A stretch of DNA of 16,174 nt from Candidatus Nanohalobium sp. (GTDB lineage: Archaea > Nanohalarchaeota > Nanosalinia > Nanosalinales > Nanosalinaceae). The notes beneath the pieces are model-generated. The model saw nothing but the letters and a program-made list of their open reading frames with translations. It was not told the DNA's origin and searched no databases. The position numbers and the translations under genes are program-made. The stretch spans positions 1-16,174 of the forward strand of contig JBDGSM010000018.1 of NCBI GenBank assembly GCA_042217545.1, given 5' to 3'. How positions within the stretch are numbered: the first letter of the stretch is position 1; each line of letters opens with the position of its first letter. This document shows positions 1-9,086 of the stretch, one piece after another.

Positions 1-230
1 ACCTCTGCTATATCCTCTCCTGAGCCCTGGATCAGGAGGCCTTCGTCTTCAAGCCTTTCTGCGGCTTTCCAGGCTTTTTTGGCATTTGTCTGTGATGTTA
101 GAATGACGAAAACTAGTTCCTGGAATATTCTTTCTTCATCGGCTTCTTTTAAGGCCTTGAATTCCTTGATTCTCTGCTTTATCTCGTCCTCTTTCTCTCT
201 GTACTGTTGCAGGACTTCGCTTTTCTTCAT
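1..230 (-). CDS. ogg: N-glycosylase/DNA lyase (archaeal 8-oxoguanine DNA glycosylase, HhH-GPD), N-terminal part; runs off the left edge
   Basis: Not in the ORF track. Manual translation from ATG at 230-228 gives MKKSEVLQQYREKEDEIKQRIKEFKALKEADEERIFQELVFVILTSQTNAKKAWKAAERLEDEGLL, open to the edge. The pattern 'I..RI.EF......IF.EL.F.ILT....A' matches the N-terminus of archaeal Ogg. The ATG overlaps the upstream TGA (ATGA). Confidence 0.75.
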   Translation of the reverse strand, partial: MKKSEVLQQYREKEDEIKQRIKEFKALKEADEERIFQELVFVILTSQTNAKKAWKAAERLEDEGLLIQGSGEDIAE

Positions 231-1021
231 TTCTTTAGCTCTTTGTCTATAGCGTTCTTCACATTCTGGTAAGACGGTGAGCTGACCATTTTTCCGTTTA
301 CGAAGATTGAAGGGGTGCTGCTGACGCCGTTACCTTTTCCTATCTGGAGGTCGTTCTGCACTTCTTTCTGTATGCTGGATTTGTCCAGACATGCGTTCAT
401 CTTCTGGTCGCTGATATTGGTGGTCTGGGATGTCAGATCTAGTACAAGCGCTCTTGTCAGCCATCTTGTCTTTTCACTTCCCTGGTTGTCGTACATTGTG
501 TGATGGAACTTCCAGAAGTTTCCAGGATCATTGTCCAGTACGCATTCTCCTGCTTTTGCTCCCAGAGTCGATCCAGGACCCAGGAACGGGAAGTTAACGA
601 AGTAGTACTTTACCTTCCCGGAGTCGATGTAGTTCTTCTTCACCTTGGGAAATACCTGCTGGTCAAACCTGTTGCAGTACGGACAGCGGTAGTCTCCGAA
701 CTCCACAACTTTGACAGAAGCGTTCTGGCTTCCTATCATCGGCTGCCTATCCAGATGGAAAGGACTTGACTTGAACATCGCAAGTATCTGCGGAAGAATC
801 AGTGCGACGAAGATCAGAAGAGTTACGCCTGTAAGGCCTTTCAACAGAAGGCTTCTGCGTTTTGAACTCTTGGCCTCTGACTGGTTCTTCTTCTCCCGTT
901 TAGCCTTCTTTACCTTTTCCTTCTGGTGGGAGTTAAGTTCTTCCTCGTGTTCTTCCCCCCAGTGAATATGGAGCTCTCTATCAGAATCAAACTCCTTTTC
1001 ACAGAACTCACATTCTACCAT
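227..1021 (-). CDS. DsbA-family (Thioredoxin_4) thiol-disulfide oxidoreductase with N-terminal C2H2 zinc finger and TM anchor
   Basis: G...A.VKVVEFGDYRCPYC active site; cis-Pro loop GVSSTPSIFVNG; TM segment GLTGVTLLIFVALILPQILAMF; N-terminal CEFC-x12-H-x4-H. Confidence 0.92.
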   Translation of the reverse strand: MVECEFCEKEFDSDRELHIHWGEEHEEELNSHQKEKVKKAKREKKNQSEAKSSKRRSLLLKGLTGVTLLIFVALILPQILAMFKSSPFHLDRQPMIGSQNASVKVVEFGDYRCPYCNRFDQQVFPKVKKNYIDSGKVKYYFVNFPFLGPGSTLGAKAGECVLDNDPGNFWKFHHTMYDNQGSEKTRWLTRALVLDLTSQTTNISDQKMNACLDKSSIQKEVQNDLQIGKGNGVSSTPSIFVNGKMVSSPSYQNVKNAIDKELKK

Positions 1022-1041
1022 GAAACCTAATTGAAGAAGAG

Positions 1042-1051
1042 ATTATAAAAA
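1042..1051 (-). promoter_or_regulatory. Putative TATA box for the ZnF-DsbA/ogg unit
   Basis: Minus strand reads TTTTTATAAT, 21-30 nt upstream of the ATG at 1021, consistent with a leaderless archaeal transcript. Confidence 0.55.
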
Positions 1052-1117
1052 TCCATGATTCCGGTCTGAAGATATAAACCGCTGCAGGCCTTCAAACATT
1101 ACCAGAGAAGATTTTCA

Positions 1118-1381
1118 ATGTTCGAAGGATCAGGCCCCGACCTCCTACTACACCTGTTGACCACTTCTGTGGCCGCAGTTCTTTTCGCAGTATCATACAG
1201 GGCCTATCGGAAGAAGGAGAACAGCAAGTTCATCTATATCTGCGCTGCATTCGGAGTATTCGCAGTCAAGGAAGGAGTTATAGCTGCGAACACGGAACTT
1301 GTAAGGCCTGAACTTACTGCAGCAGTGCACGTGCTGAACCTTACTATACTGGGACTTTTCTTCCGGGGAACGATAAAATGA
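1118..1381 (+). CDS. Small hydrophobic (about 3 TM) membrane protein, translationally coupled to the downstream wHTH regulator
   Basis: 87 aa with three hydrophobic stretches and a SYRAYRKK positive-inside loop; its stop overlaps the next ATG (ATGA 1378-1381). Confidence 0.75.
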   Translation: MFEGSGPDLLLHLLTTSVAAVLFAVSYRAYRKKENSKFIYICAAFGVFAVKEGVIAANTELVRPELTAAVHVLNLTILGLFFRGTIK

Positions 1382-1840
1382 AGGCAGAGATATGTGAAAA
1401 GGTCAGGGAAAAACCAGGAATACATTTCAGATGCCTTCAGAGGGAGACAGAATGTTCCTCAAGCACTTTGAACTACCATCTAGAGGATATGGAGCCTTAG
1501 GGAACGCAGGATTCATGGTTACAGAAGATTTTATCCTCCAGAAGTCCCCGAAAGTTTTGAGAAATCTCTCGCTGCCCTCAATCATGATGTTAGAGGTCTG
1601 ATGCTTTACAGGATAAAGGACGGCACCACCCAGAAAGAACTTGTTGAGGAGCTTGACAGGTCGAAGTCAACGGTTTCAGTCCATCTGAAGACGCTGCGGG
1701 AGGACGGCCTTATCAGGGAAGAGTCTGAAGGCCATTCCAAGAAGATTTACCTGCAGAAAGATGCTTTAAGTGCTGTAGAAAGATATGCCTCTGATCTGGT
1801 GGACAAGGTCTCTGACGGCTTTATCGAGATGTGGGATTGA
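1378..1840 (+). pseudogene. Tandem winged-helix transcriptional regulator (COG3398-like) split by a +1 frameshift near 1495
   Basis: ATG 1378 gives MKAEICEKVREKPGIHFRCLQRETECSSSTLNYHLEDMEP* (PGIHF...LNYHL wHTH pattern). The frame starting at 1496 reads LRERRIHGYRRFYPPE...ALNHDVRGL into ORF 1601-1840 (second wHTH, TQKELVEELDRSKSTVSVHLKTL). Removing one C from GAGCCTT fuses them. Could be a sequencing error. Confidence 0.8.
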
Positions 1841-1967
1841 GTTTGATTAATGTTTCATTCCTGCCCTCCTCTTCCAGCCTCTGCTCTGCTTCATCATTTG
1901 AAAGGCCTTCCTTGCCTGTATCAAGCTTCTCGTAAATCTCTCTGATTTTTTCGGAGTGCCAGGACAT
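1821..1967 (-). pseudogene. 48-aa stand-alone or truncated N-terminal domain of a P-type cation ATPase (Cation_ATPase_N-like)
   Basis: Manual translation: MSWHSEKIREIYEKLDTGKEGLSNDEAEQRLEEEGRNETLIKLNPTSR*. Matches the 'WH....E....L.T...GLS..EA..RL...G.NE' motif; similarity ends at GRNE. TTTAAA at 1994-1999 lies 27-32 nt upstream. Confidence 0.75.
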
Positions 1968-2012
1968 TACAGGGGAGAATTATCCTCATCACGTTTAAAG
2001 TATTCAGTTAAG

Positions 2013-3428
2013 CTAGTAGGAGTGGATTGAATCGCCTTTAGCTGCTTCGGCGGCATCGCACAGGGCCTCAGGGAATGTCGGGTGCGCATGGATGGTGTTT
2101 GCTATGTCGTCCAGGTAGGCGTTCATCTCAAGCGCAAGTGTTGCCTCCGCTATCATATCGGAAGCCCGTGCACTGACTATCTGGACACCGAGAAGCTTTT
2201 CGTCTTTATCCGCCACAACCTTGACATAACCCGCCTCCTTGTTGGTGGAAAGAGCCCTGCCTGAAGCGCTCATGGGGAACTTGCCTACTTTCAGTTCATC
2301 GTATTCTTCCCGGGCATCTTCCTCGTTAAGGCCTACAGTAGCGACCTCAGGATCAGTATACATCACCGCGGGAATATAATCGTTATCGAAGGCCGCCGGT
2401 TTTCCTGCTACCACTTCTCCCGCGACCTTTCCCTCACGATAGGCCTTGTGAGCAAGCAAGGGTTCTCCTGCAGCGTCTCCGATACATAGAATGCTGTTAT
2501 CACCGGTCTGCATCTTTTCATCTACCTCTACAAAGCCATCTTCGTTTATCTCCACATCAGTGTTTTCCAGGCTGAGATTTCCCAGTACAGGCCTTGTCTC
2601 TCTACCTGCGGCTACAAGGATGTAGTCTCCTTCAAGTTTGAGCTTTTCTCCGTCCTGTTCGGCTACAAGGACAGGTTTTCCATCATCCCTGTACTCGACA
2701 TCCTGCGCTTTTGCGGAGGTATAGATCTCGTCCTCGTACATGTCGCTTGTCTCCTGGATGGAGTTCACTACTTCCTCTTCAAACATTCCGAGAACTCTTT
2801 CACGTGCCTCTACGACTTTTACTGTCGCTCCAAATTTGCAGAACTTTGTGACGGCTTCCATACCGATGTATCCGCCCCCGACCACTACTATCTCATCAGG
2901 TACTTCATCAAGCTCCAGCACTTCACGTGAGGAGATCACGCGATCCTTATCGAACTCGAGTCCGGGTATCTCTATCGGCTGTGATCCTGTCGCGATAATA
3001 GCTTTCTCAAACTCAACGTTCTCAGCGTTGTGCTCCTCCTCTACACGTATAGTATTTGAGTCAAGGAATCGGGCCTCACCTTCCATGTACTCGACATTAT
3101 GGTGGTCCAGCATGTTAAGGACTCCGTTATCAAGCCTTTTTACGGCGGAATCCTTCCATTTCTGTATCTCGCTGAACTCGACATCTATCCCTTCTGTATG
3201 GATGCCTATCTCATCCCAGTGCTCTATATCCTTCTTGAAACCGGCGGCGTGGATCAAGGCCTTCGCCGGGATACATCCATGGTTCAGGCATATGCCGCCT
3301 ACTTTCTCCTTCTCGACAAGTACTACGTCTTTTCCTTTTTGACTGGCTCTGATCGCTGCAGTGTATCCTCCGGGACCTGCACCTATTACAACGACATCTG
3401 TGCCGGTGGTAATATCTCCTACAACCAT
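2013..3428 (-). CDS. lpdA: Dihydrolipoamide dehydrogenase (E3)
   Basis: FAD-binding GAGPGGY, redox disulfide GGICLNHGCIP, NAD-binding VVGGGYIG, C-terminal HAHPTFPE. Confidence 0.97.
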   Translation of the reverse strand: MVVGDITTGTDVVVIGAGPGGYTAAIRASQKGKDVVLVEKEKVGGICLNHGCIPAKALIHAAGFKKDIEHWDEIGIHTEGIDVEFSEIQKWKDSAVKRLDNGVLNMLDHHNVEYMEGEARFLDSNTIRVEEEHNAENVEFEKAIIATGSQPIEIPGLEFDKDRVISSREVLELDEVPDEIVVVGGGYIGMEAVTKFCKFGATVKVVEARERVLGMFEEEVVNSIQETSDMYEDEIYTSAKAQDVEYRDDGKPVLVAEQDGEKLKLEGDYILVAAGRETRPVLGNLSLENTDVEINEDGFVEVDEKMQTGDNSILCIGDAAGEPLLAHKAYREGKVAGEVVAGKPAAFDNDYIPAVMYTDPEVATVGLNEEDAREEYDELKVGKFPMSASGRALSTNKEAGYVKVVADKDEKLLGVQIVSARASDMIAEATLALEMNAYLDDIANTIHAHPTFPEALCDAAEAAKGDSIHSY

Positions 3429-4862
3429 TTAGATCTCCATAAGCATTTCATCAGGCTGTTCTAGGTTTTTGATAACCTGGTTCATGAAGCGAGCCGCCTC
3501 CGCACCATCTATAACTCTGTGATCATAGCTTAGTGAAAGCTTGACGGTATTCCGGACTTTTACCCCCCCATCTACGACCTGGGGCGTCTCCTGGATCTTT
3601 CCGACACCCAGGATCGCCACCTGAGGATAGTTGATTATCGGGGTAAAACCTTCTCCACCTATAGCTCCTATATTTGTAATCGAAAAAGTACCTCCCTGCA
3701 GATCCTGAGGTGAAAGACTTCCTGATTGAGCTTTCTCAACTTTATCGGAGATACCTGACGCCAGTTCCACGAGATTCCTGCTGTCTACATCCTCCACTTT
3801 CGGAACAAGAAGGCCTCTCTCAGTATCGACAGCTATGTTGAAATCGTAGTACTTCTTCCGGACTATCTCATCGTTTTCGTCATCCAGCTCTGCGTTCAGA
3901 TTTGGATGGTCCTTCATTGCCACGTAACAGGCCTTCATGATGAAAGGAAGATAGGTCAGATGCTCATCTATGTCGTCCTTTACCTCTTCACGAAGCCTGA
4001 CCAGCTTTGTAACATCTGCAGTATCCATATGGGTTACGTGAGGTGCTGTAAACCGGGCTTTTGTCATCTTCGAGCCCGTCATCTTCTTGACCTGGTTCAT
4101 CTCCACACGTTCGACCTCTCCTTCATCAGTCTCAACAGTACGAGTATTTTCAGAGGACTCAGCTTCTGGGCCATTACCTTTTTCTGTCGCGTTCATTACA
4201 TCAGTCCTGAGGACTTCACCGCCTTTGCCTGATCCCTCTATCTCGGAGATGTCGAGGCCTTTCCCTCGTGCCAGTCTTCTGACCGAAGGGGATGCCTGCG
4301 ACCCCCTGCTTTCGCCTGGAGCCTCTGAACTGCTACGTGAGGCCTTCTCTGAGCTTTCCGATGTTCCGCTATCTGCGTAGTCCTGCAGTTCTTCTTCAGT
4401 TATCCTTTCACCGGTCTTGATCTCGGCGAGATCTATTCCTTTCTCCTCGGCAAGTTTTCGAACTTTAGGCAGCGCTAGGACATCGCCAGAGCTTGAAGAA
4501 ATTGTAGTACCTGTTTTTTTCTCTGGAGTACTGTCTCTGTCTTCTTCTACGTCTTTATCTTCATCTTCGTCTTCCGTAGGCGAGTTTTCTGCTTTTTCTG
4601 AGGCATCTTCCTGTTCCTCAGCATCTCCAGTCTCCATTTCCAGTATTACGTCGCCGACCTCTACCCTGTCGCCCGGTGAGGCCTTGAATTTCTTTATTAT
4701 TCCATTAGAGGGGGCCGGTACCTCCACTACTGCTTTGTCTGTTTCCGCCTCTGCGAGAATCTGGTCTTCTTCTACTTCGTCGCCTTCCTCTACTTTCCAG
4801 TCCAGGAGTTTTCCCTCGGTGACTCCTTCACCGGTATCCGGGAACTCGAACTCCAGGGTCAT
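3429..4862 (-). CDS. pdhC: Dihydrolipoamide acyltransferase (E2) with one lipoyl domain and two peripheral subunit-binding domains
   Basis: Lipoyl motif ETDKAVVEV; catalytic DHRVIDGA; GGTFSITNIG. Start moved from 4889 to ATG 4862 (MTLEFEFPDTGEG), just downstream of the E1-beta stop. Confidence 0.95.
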   Translation of the reverse strand: MTLEFEFPDTGEGVTEGKLLDWKVEEGDEVEEDQILAEAETDKAVVEVPAPSNGIIKKFKASPGDRVEVGDVILEMETGDAEEQEDASEKAENSPTEDEDEDKDVEEDRDSTPEKKTGTTISSSSGDVLALPKVRKLAEEKGIDLAEIKTGERITEEELQDYADSGTSESSEKASRSSSEAPGESRGSQASPSVRRLARGKGLDISEIEGSGKGGEVLRTDVMNATEKGNGPEAESSENTRTVETDEGEVERVEMNQVKKMTGSKMTKARFTAPHVTHMDTADVTKLVRLREEVKDDIDEHLTYLPFIMKACYVAMKDHPNLNAELDDENDEIVRKKYYDFNIAVDTERGLLVPKVEDVDSRNLVELASGISDKVEKAQSGSLSPQDLQGGTFSITNIGAIGGEGFTPIINYPQVAILGVGKIQETPQVVDGGVKVRNTVKLSLSYDHRVIDGAEAARFMNQVIKNLEQPDEMLMEI

Positions 4863-4866
4863 TGTA

Positions 4867-5838
4867 TCAGAACTCCAGAAGTTCTTCAAGGCCTTCTAAG
4901 GCTCTCTCCGTGTTTGGCATGTAGTAATCCTCCAGGGTGTAAAGCGGATAAGGCACGTCAGGGCCTGTAACACGTTTTACAGGTGCTTCAAGGTTGAGTA
5001 TTGCCTCCTCGTTGATCCGGGTTGCGATCTCCGCGCCGAATCCTGCAGTCTTCGGTGCCTCGTGCAGCACCATGGCTCTTCCTGTTTTCTTTACAGACTC
5101 TATTATGGCGTCGAAGTCTGTTGGATAGATCGTTCTAGGATCTACTATCTCAATCTCTGCATCGACTTTCTCTGCTGCTTCTTCAGCTACAGGGACCATC
5201 GCACCCCACGCAATTAACGTGGCGTCGTCTCCCTCCTGGACTATCCTGGCTTTCTCCAGGTCTACTTCTTTCTCCCTGTCGACTTCCTCCTTGAAGGCCC
5301 TGTAAGTCTGCTTCGGCTCAAGGAAAACCACGGGATCATCCAGCTGTATCGATTTCCTCAGAAGAGAGTAAGTGTCCTGCGGAGTGCTTGGTATGACTAC
5401 GTGTAGGCCTTCAGCATGGGCAAAGAAAGCTTCCGGCGATTCCTGGTGGTGTTCCAGTGCCGATATGCCGCCTCCGTAAGGCGCCCTGATAGTAATCGGC
5501 ACCTCGAAGTCTCCCCTGCTTCTCAGCCTGAATCTTGCAGCATGTTCCTTGATCTGGTGGAAGGCCAGGTAGGAAAAGCCGGAGAACTGGATCTCCGGTA
5601 CAGGCCGCATACCTTTCAAGGCCATTCCGATACCTGTCCCTACGATACCTGATTCGGCGAGAGGACTGGAGAAAACTCTTTCTCGACTGAATTCGTCCTG
5701 AAGGCCTTCGGAAGCTCTGAAGACGCCTCCGTCCTGTCCGACGTCCTCTCCGTAAACTACAACATCTTCATCGTTTTCAAGTTCATCGTGAAGTGCCGCG
5801 TTCACTGCTTCAACAATATTCATCTCCTCGGCAGCCAT
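4867..5838 (-). CDS. pdhB: Pyruvate/2-oxoacid dehydrogenase E1 beta subunit
   Basis: GEDVGQDGGVFR, SPLAESGIVG, RPVPEIQF, EHHQES, FLEPK, HEAPKTAGFGAEI motifs. Confidence 0.96.
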   Translation of the reverse strand: MAAEEMNIVEAVNAALHDELENDEDVVVYGEDVGQDGGVFRASEGLQDEFSRERVFSSPLAESGIVGTGIGMALKGMRPVPEIQFSGFSYLAFHQIKEHAARFRLRSRGDFEVPITIRAPYGGGISALEHHQESPEAFFAHAEGLHVVIPSTPQDTYSLLRKSIQLDDPVVFLEPKQTYRAFKEEVDREKEVDLEKARIVQEGDDATLIAWGAMVPVAEEAAEKVDAEIEIVDPRTIYPTDFDAIIESVKKTGRAMVLHEAPKTAGFGAEIATRINEEAILNLEAPVKRVTGPDVPYPLYTLEDYYMPNTERALEGLEELLEF

Positions 5839-6896
5839 TATTCGTCACCTCCGAAAAATTTCTGACACTGTTTCTTTTCTTTCTCAAGTATCTCTGGTGT
5901 GTCCTTGTAGACATAGTCGAACATCTCCTCCATCTCCGGATCATCCTCGTCGATGGCCTCGTTGGAGGCCTCTTTGATCTTTTTCTCGGCTTCTTCCTCG
6001 AAATCCTCGAGTTCATCCTTCCAGATACCCTGATCTTTCAGGTAATCCCGGAAGCGTTTCAGAGGGTCCTTATCCTTCCATTTCTCGACTTCGTCCTCGT
6101 CCCTGTATCTGGTTGAGTCGTCTGAAGTGGTATGGTCATCAAGTCTGTATGTCAGGGCCTCGAGCAGTACTGGTTCGCCGTTTCTGGCTTTTTCAATTGC
6201 TTCCTGCACGCCCTTTATGACTGCGATTATGTCGTTTCCATCGACCTGTACTCCGTCAATGCCGTGGGCTACTGCCTTCTGCGCCAGTGTATCGGAGTTT
6301 GTCTGTCTTTCAACCGGCATAGAAATCGCGTATTGATTGTTCTGTACTATAAATACGTTGTGGCCCGAGAAGACTCCTGAAAAGTTCAGTGATTCGTGGA
6401 AGTCGCCTTCGGAAGTGCTTCCGTCGCCTGTAAAGCTGACTACTGCGTTTTTCTCGCCCTGTTTCTCCATGGCCATCCCTATTCCTGCAGCATGCTGGTT
6501 CTGCGTTCCGACCGGTATCGCAACCGGCAGATTGTTACCTAGGTCTGTCTGACCGTTGGTATCACCCATCCAACGCATGAAAAGCTTCTTCAACGAGGCT
6601 CCACGTGCTATAAAAGCTGCTGTCTCCCTGAAACTTGGAACCATCCAGTCTTCTTCCGTCATCGCGTGGACAGCGCCGATCTGGGCGGCTTCCTGGCCCT
6701 TGTGCGGTGCATATGTCGAGATTTCGCCTCTCCTCTGGATTGAGAAGGCCCTTTCGTCAAATTTTCTTGCCAGCACCATCTGTTTATACAGCTCCCGGTA
6801 CTCCTCATCACTAATTCCATGATCGTTTTCCTCGTCCTCAGTGCCGAGAACCTCGATTTTCTCCACTTTCGCGGAGTGAACTTCTTTCCGAACCAT
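5838..6896 (-). CDS. pdhA: Pyruvate/2-oxoacid dehydrogenase E1 alpha subunit
   Basis: ThDP motif GDGSTSEGDFHE...NNQYAIS; GQEAAQIG; YRLDDHTTSDD. Substrate (pyruvate versus branched-chain 2-oxoacids) cannot be fixed from motifs alone. Confidence 0.95.
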   Translation of the reverse strand: MVRKEVHSAKVEKIEVLGTEDEENDHGISDEEYRELYKQMVLARKFDERAFSIQRRGEISTYAPHKGQEAAQIGAVHAMTEEDWMVPSFRETAAFIARGASLKKLFMRWMGDTNGQTDLGNNLPVAIPVGTQNQHAAGIGMAMEKQGEKNAVVSFTGDGSTSEGDFHESLNFSGVFSGHNVFIVQNNQYAISMPVERQTNSDTLAQKAVAHGIDGVQVDGNDIIAVIKGVQEAIEKARNGEPVLLEALTYRLDDHTTSDDSTRYRDEDEVEKWKDKDPLKRFRDYLKDQGIWKDELEDFEEEAEKKIKEASNEAIDEDDPEMEEMFDYVYKDTPEILEKEKKQCQKFFGGDE

Positions 6897-7005
6897 TATA
6901 TTTGAAGAAAGGCGTTGAGTCGTATATAAAAAGTGGTTTGCGACCGAGAGGTAAACAGAGAGCGAGGCCTTAACCTATTAATTCAGCCAGAAGGAAACTT
7001 CTTAC
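6897..7005. promoter_or_regulatory. Divergent promoter region between the dehydrogenase operon and acetate-CoA ligase
   Basis: Minus-strand TTTTTATATA (6923-6932) is 27-36 nt upstream of the pdhA ATG. Plus-strand TATTAATT (6977-6984) is 22-29 nt upstream of ATG 7006. One AGGCCT (6965-6970) lies between them. Confidence 0.6.
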
Positions 7006-9042
7006 ATGCTTGACAGACTCTTCTCTCCGGAAACAGTAGCGGTCGTCGGAGCCTCCAGGAAGGAGGGAAAGACAGGCCACGAAATATTCGATAATCTTCT
7101 GCACGACTTCGAGGGAGAAGTCGTCCCAGTAAATCCCAACGCCGAAGAAGTGCACGGAGAAAAGGCCTATGACGAAGTTCCAAGAGGAACAGAACTTGTA
7201 GTAATAGCTGTACCGGCCAGGATCGTCCCAGATATAATGGATCAATGTGGCGGGAAAAATGTGAAAGCGGCGATATTAGTCTCCGCAGGATTCTCGGAGG
7301 TCGGTAACAAGGATCTCGAGGACGAAGTACTGGAAAAAGCAGAAGAAAACGATATTGAACTTCTCGGACCGAACGTCTTAGGCCTTATCAACGTAGAGAA
7401 CTCGATGAACGCATCTTTCGCATCCAGGATGCCGGAACCAGGAGATATATCATTCATGAGCCAGTCCGGGGCATTCTGCACCGCCATACTGGACTATGCA
7501 AAGGCAGAACACATAGGTTTCAGGCACTTCGTCTCCATAGGCAACAAGGCGATGATAAACGAAGTAGACCTGCTCGAAAAATGGCGTGAAGACGATACAG
7601 AGGCCATACTATCCTATACAGAAGGCATAGAGAATGGAAGAAAGTTTCTGGAGGAGGCAGAACATACTTCCAGGGAGACACCGATCATAATGGTCAAATC
7701 CGGTAGAACCGACGAAGGAGGCGACGCAGCCAGCTCCCACACAGGAAGCATAGCAGGCAGCTACGAGGCCTACAGGGCTGCATTCCGGAAATGCGGTATA
7801 ATAGAGGCAGAGTCGAACAGGGAGCTACTTGACTATGGAAAGGCCTTCGCATACCAGCCTCTCCCTGAAGGAAAGAATATTGCGGTCGTAACGAACGCAG
7901 GGGGGCCTGGAGTCCTGACGGCGGATGAGATCTCTGAGCATGAAATGGAGCTTGCCAACTTCACATCGGAGACCACGAGAAAACTTGAGGATTCTATGCC
8001 GGATGAATCGGGGAAGAACAACCCGCTCGACGTGATAGGCGACGCAGGACACGAGAGATACCGTGATGCGCTCGACACAGTTATCAGGGACGACAGAGTA
8101 GACTCCATAATCGTCATACTGACCCCACAGGCCAATACAGAGATCGAAAAAACAGCAAAAAGCATAGTTAAGGCATCAGAATCCACGACAAAGCCGATAA
8201 TGGCTTCTTTCATGGGTGAGAAGGATGTAGGAAAAGGGATCAAGACACTGGAGGAAAACGACATACCAGACTTTGAGGACCCGAAAGACGCGGTCAAGGC
8301 CCTCAAAGAGATGAATGAGTACAGGAAGTTCCAGGAGGACTTCAGAGAATATCATCACTTCGACTACGATGAGAGGATGGCGGAAAAAGCACTTGAGACT
8401 CCTGAAGGCTACGAAGAATACGAGGAGCTCCTGAAAGCCTATGGGTTCCAGTTCCCACTGACAAAGGTCGCGGAAGCGCCTAATCCTGCTGCCGAAGCCG
8501 CGCAACAGGTAGGATACCCTGCAGTCATGAAGATCAGGTCGCCTGATGTCCAGCACAAGACAGACATCGGAGGAGTTCAGACCGGCATTGAATCCAGGAA
8601 GGAAGCAAAAGAGGCCTTCAACGACATAGTGGAGGGGGTATATGATCACAGGCCGGGAAGCGAGATCAAAGGCGTCCTGGTACAGGAGGAGATGGAAGGC
8701 CTGGAAGTTGCTTTAGGTATGAAGAGGGATCCACAGTTTGGACCGATGATAATGGTGGGTCTCGGAGGCATATACATCGAAGCGCTTCACGATATCTCCT
8801 TAGGAATAGCGCCAATATCAGAGCAGGAAGCGGACAAGATGATAGAAGAGCTACAGAGCTCGGAACTTTTTGAAGGGGTCAGAGGCAAAGAACACAGTAT
8901 CGAGACAGTTAAGAACGCTATAATGAAGCTGGGAGAGGTAGCGATGAACCACGATGAGATACATGCCATAGATATCAACCCGCTTATCCTGAAAGAAGAA
9001 GAGGCCTACGTAGCAGACATAGAGATGGAATTTGAAGAATAA
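7006..9042 (+). CDS. acd: Acetate-CoA ligase (ADP-forming), fused alpha-beta
   Basis: CoA-binding N-terminus (AVVGAS...GK.G, PVNP), LLGPN.LG, SQSGA, VSIGNKA, phospho-His AASSHTGSIAG, TNAGGPG, NPLDVIGDA; ATP-grasp beta domain HKTDIGGV, RDPQFGP...VGLGGIYIE, DINPL. Confidence 0.96.
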   Translation: MLDRLFSPETVAVVGASRKEGKTGHEIFDNLLHDFEGEVVPVNPNAEEVHGEKAYDEVPRGTELVVIAVPARIVPDIMDQCGGKNVKAAILVSAGFSEVGNKDLEDEVLEKAEENDIELLGPNVLGLINVENSMNASFASRMPEPGDISFMSQSGAFCTAILDYAKAEHIGFRHFVSIGNKAMINEVDLLEKWREDDTEAILSYTEGIENGRKFLEEAEHTSRETPIIMVKSGRTDEGGDAASSHTGSIAGSYEAYRAAFRKCGIIEAESNRELLDYGKAFAYQPLPEGKNIAVVTNAGGPGVLTADEISEHEMELANFTSETTRKLEDSMPDESGKNNPLDVIGDAGHERYRDALDTVIRDDRVDSIIVILTPQANTEIEKTAKSIVKASESTTKPIMASFMGEKDVGKGIKTLEENDIPDFEDPKDAVKALKEMNEYRKFQEDFREYHHFDYDERMAEKALETPEGYEEYEELLKAYGFQFPLTKVAEAPNPAAEAAQQVGYPAVMKIRSPDVQHKTDIGGVQTGIESRKEAKEAFNDIVEGVYDHRPGSEIKGVLVQEEMEGLEVALGMKRDPQFGPMIMVGLGGIYIEALHDISLGIAPISEQEADKMIEELQSSELFEGVRGKEHSIETVKNAIMKLGEVAMNHDEIHAIDINPLILKEEEAYVADIEMEFEE

Positions 9043-9086
9043 AGAAAGAAAAGGGGAAGGCCTCTGGGATCAAGGCCCGAAAAAAG
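9043..9086. terminator. Possible terminator zone between convergent genes
   Basis: Purine runs (U-rich on the minus strand) flank a short GGCCT...AGGCC stem (9059-9063/9073-9077). Confidence 0.35.

Noticed and set aside
4863..4889. Track start for E2 at 4889 (MKNFWSSDT)
   Set aside because: Overlaps the pdhB 3' end; the lipoyl domain begins naturally at ATG 4862.
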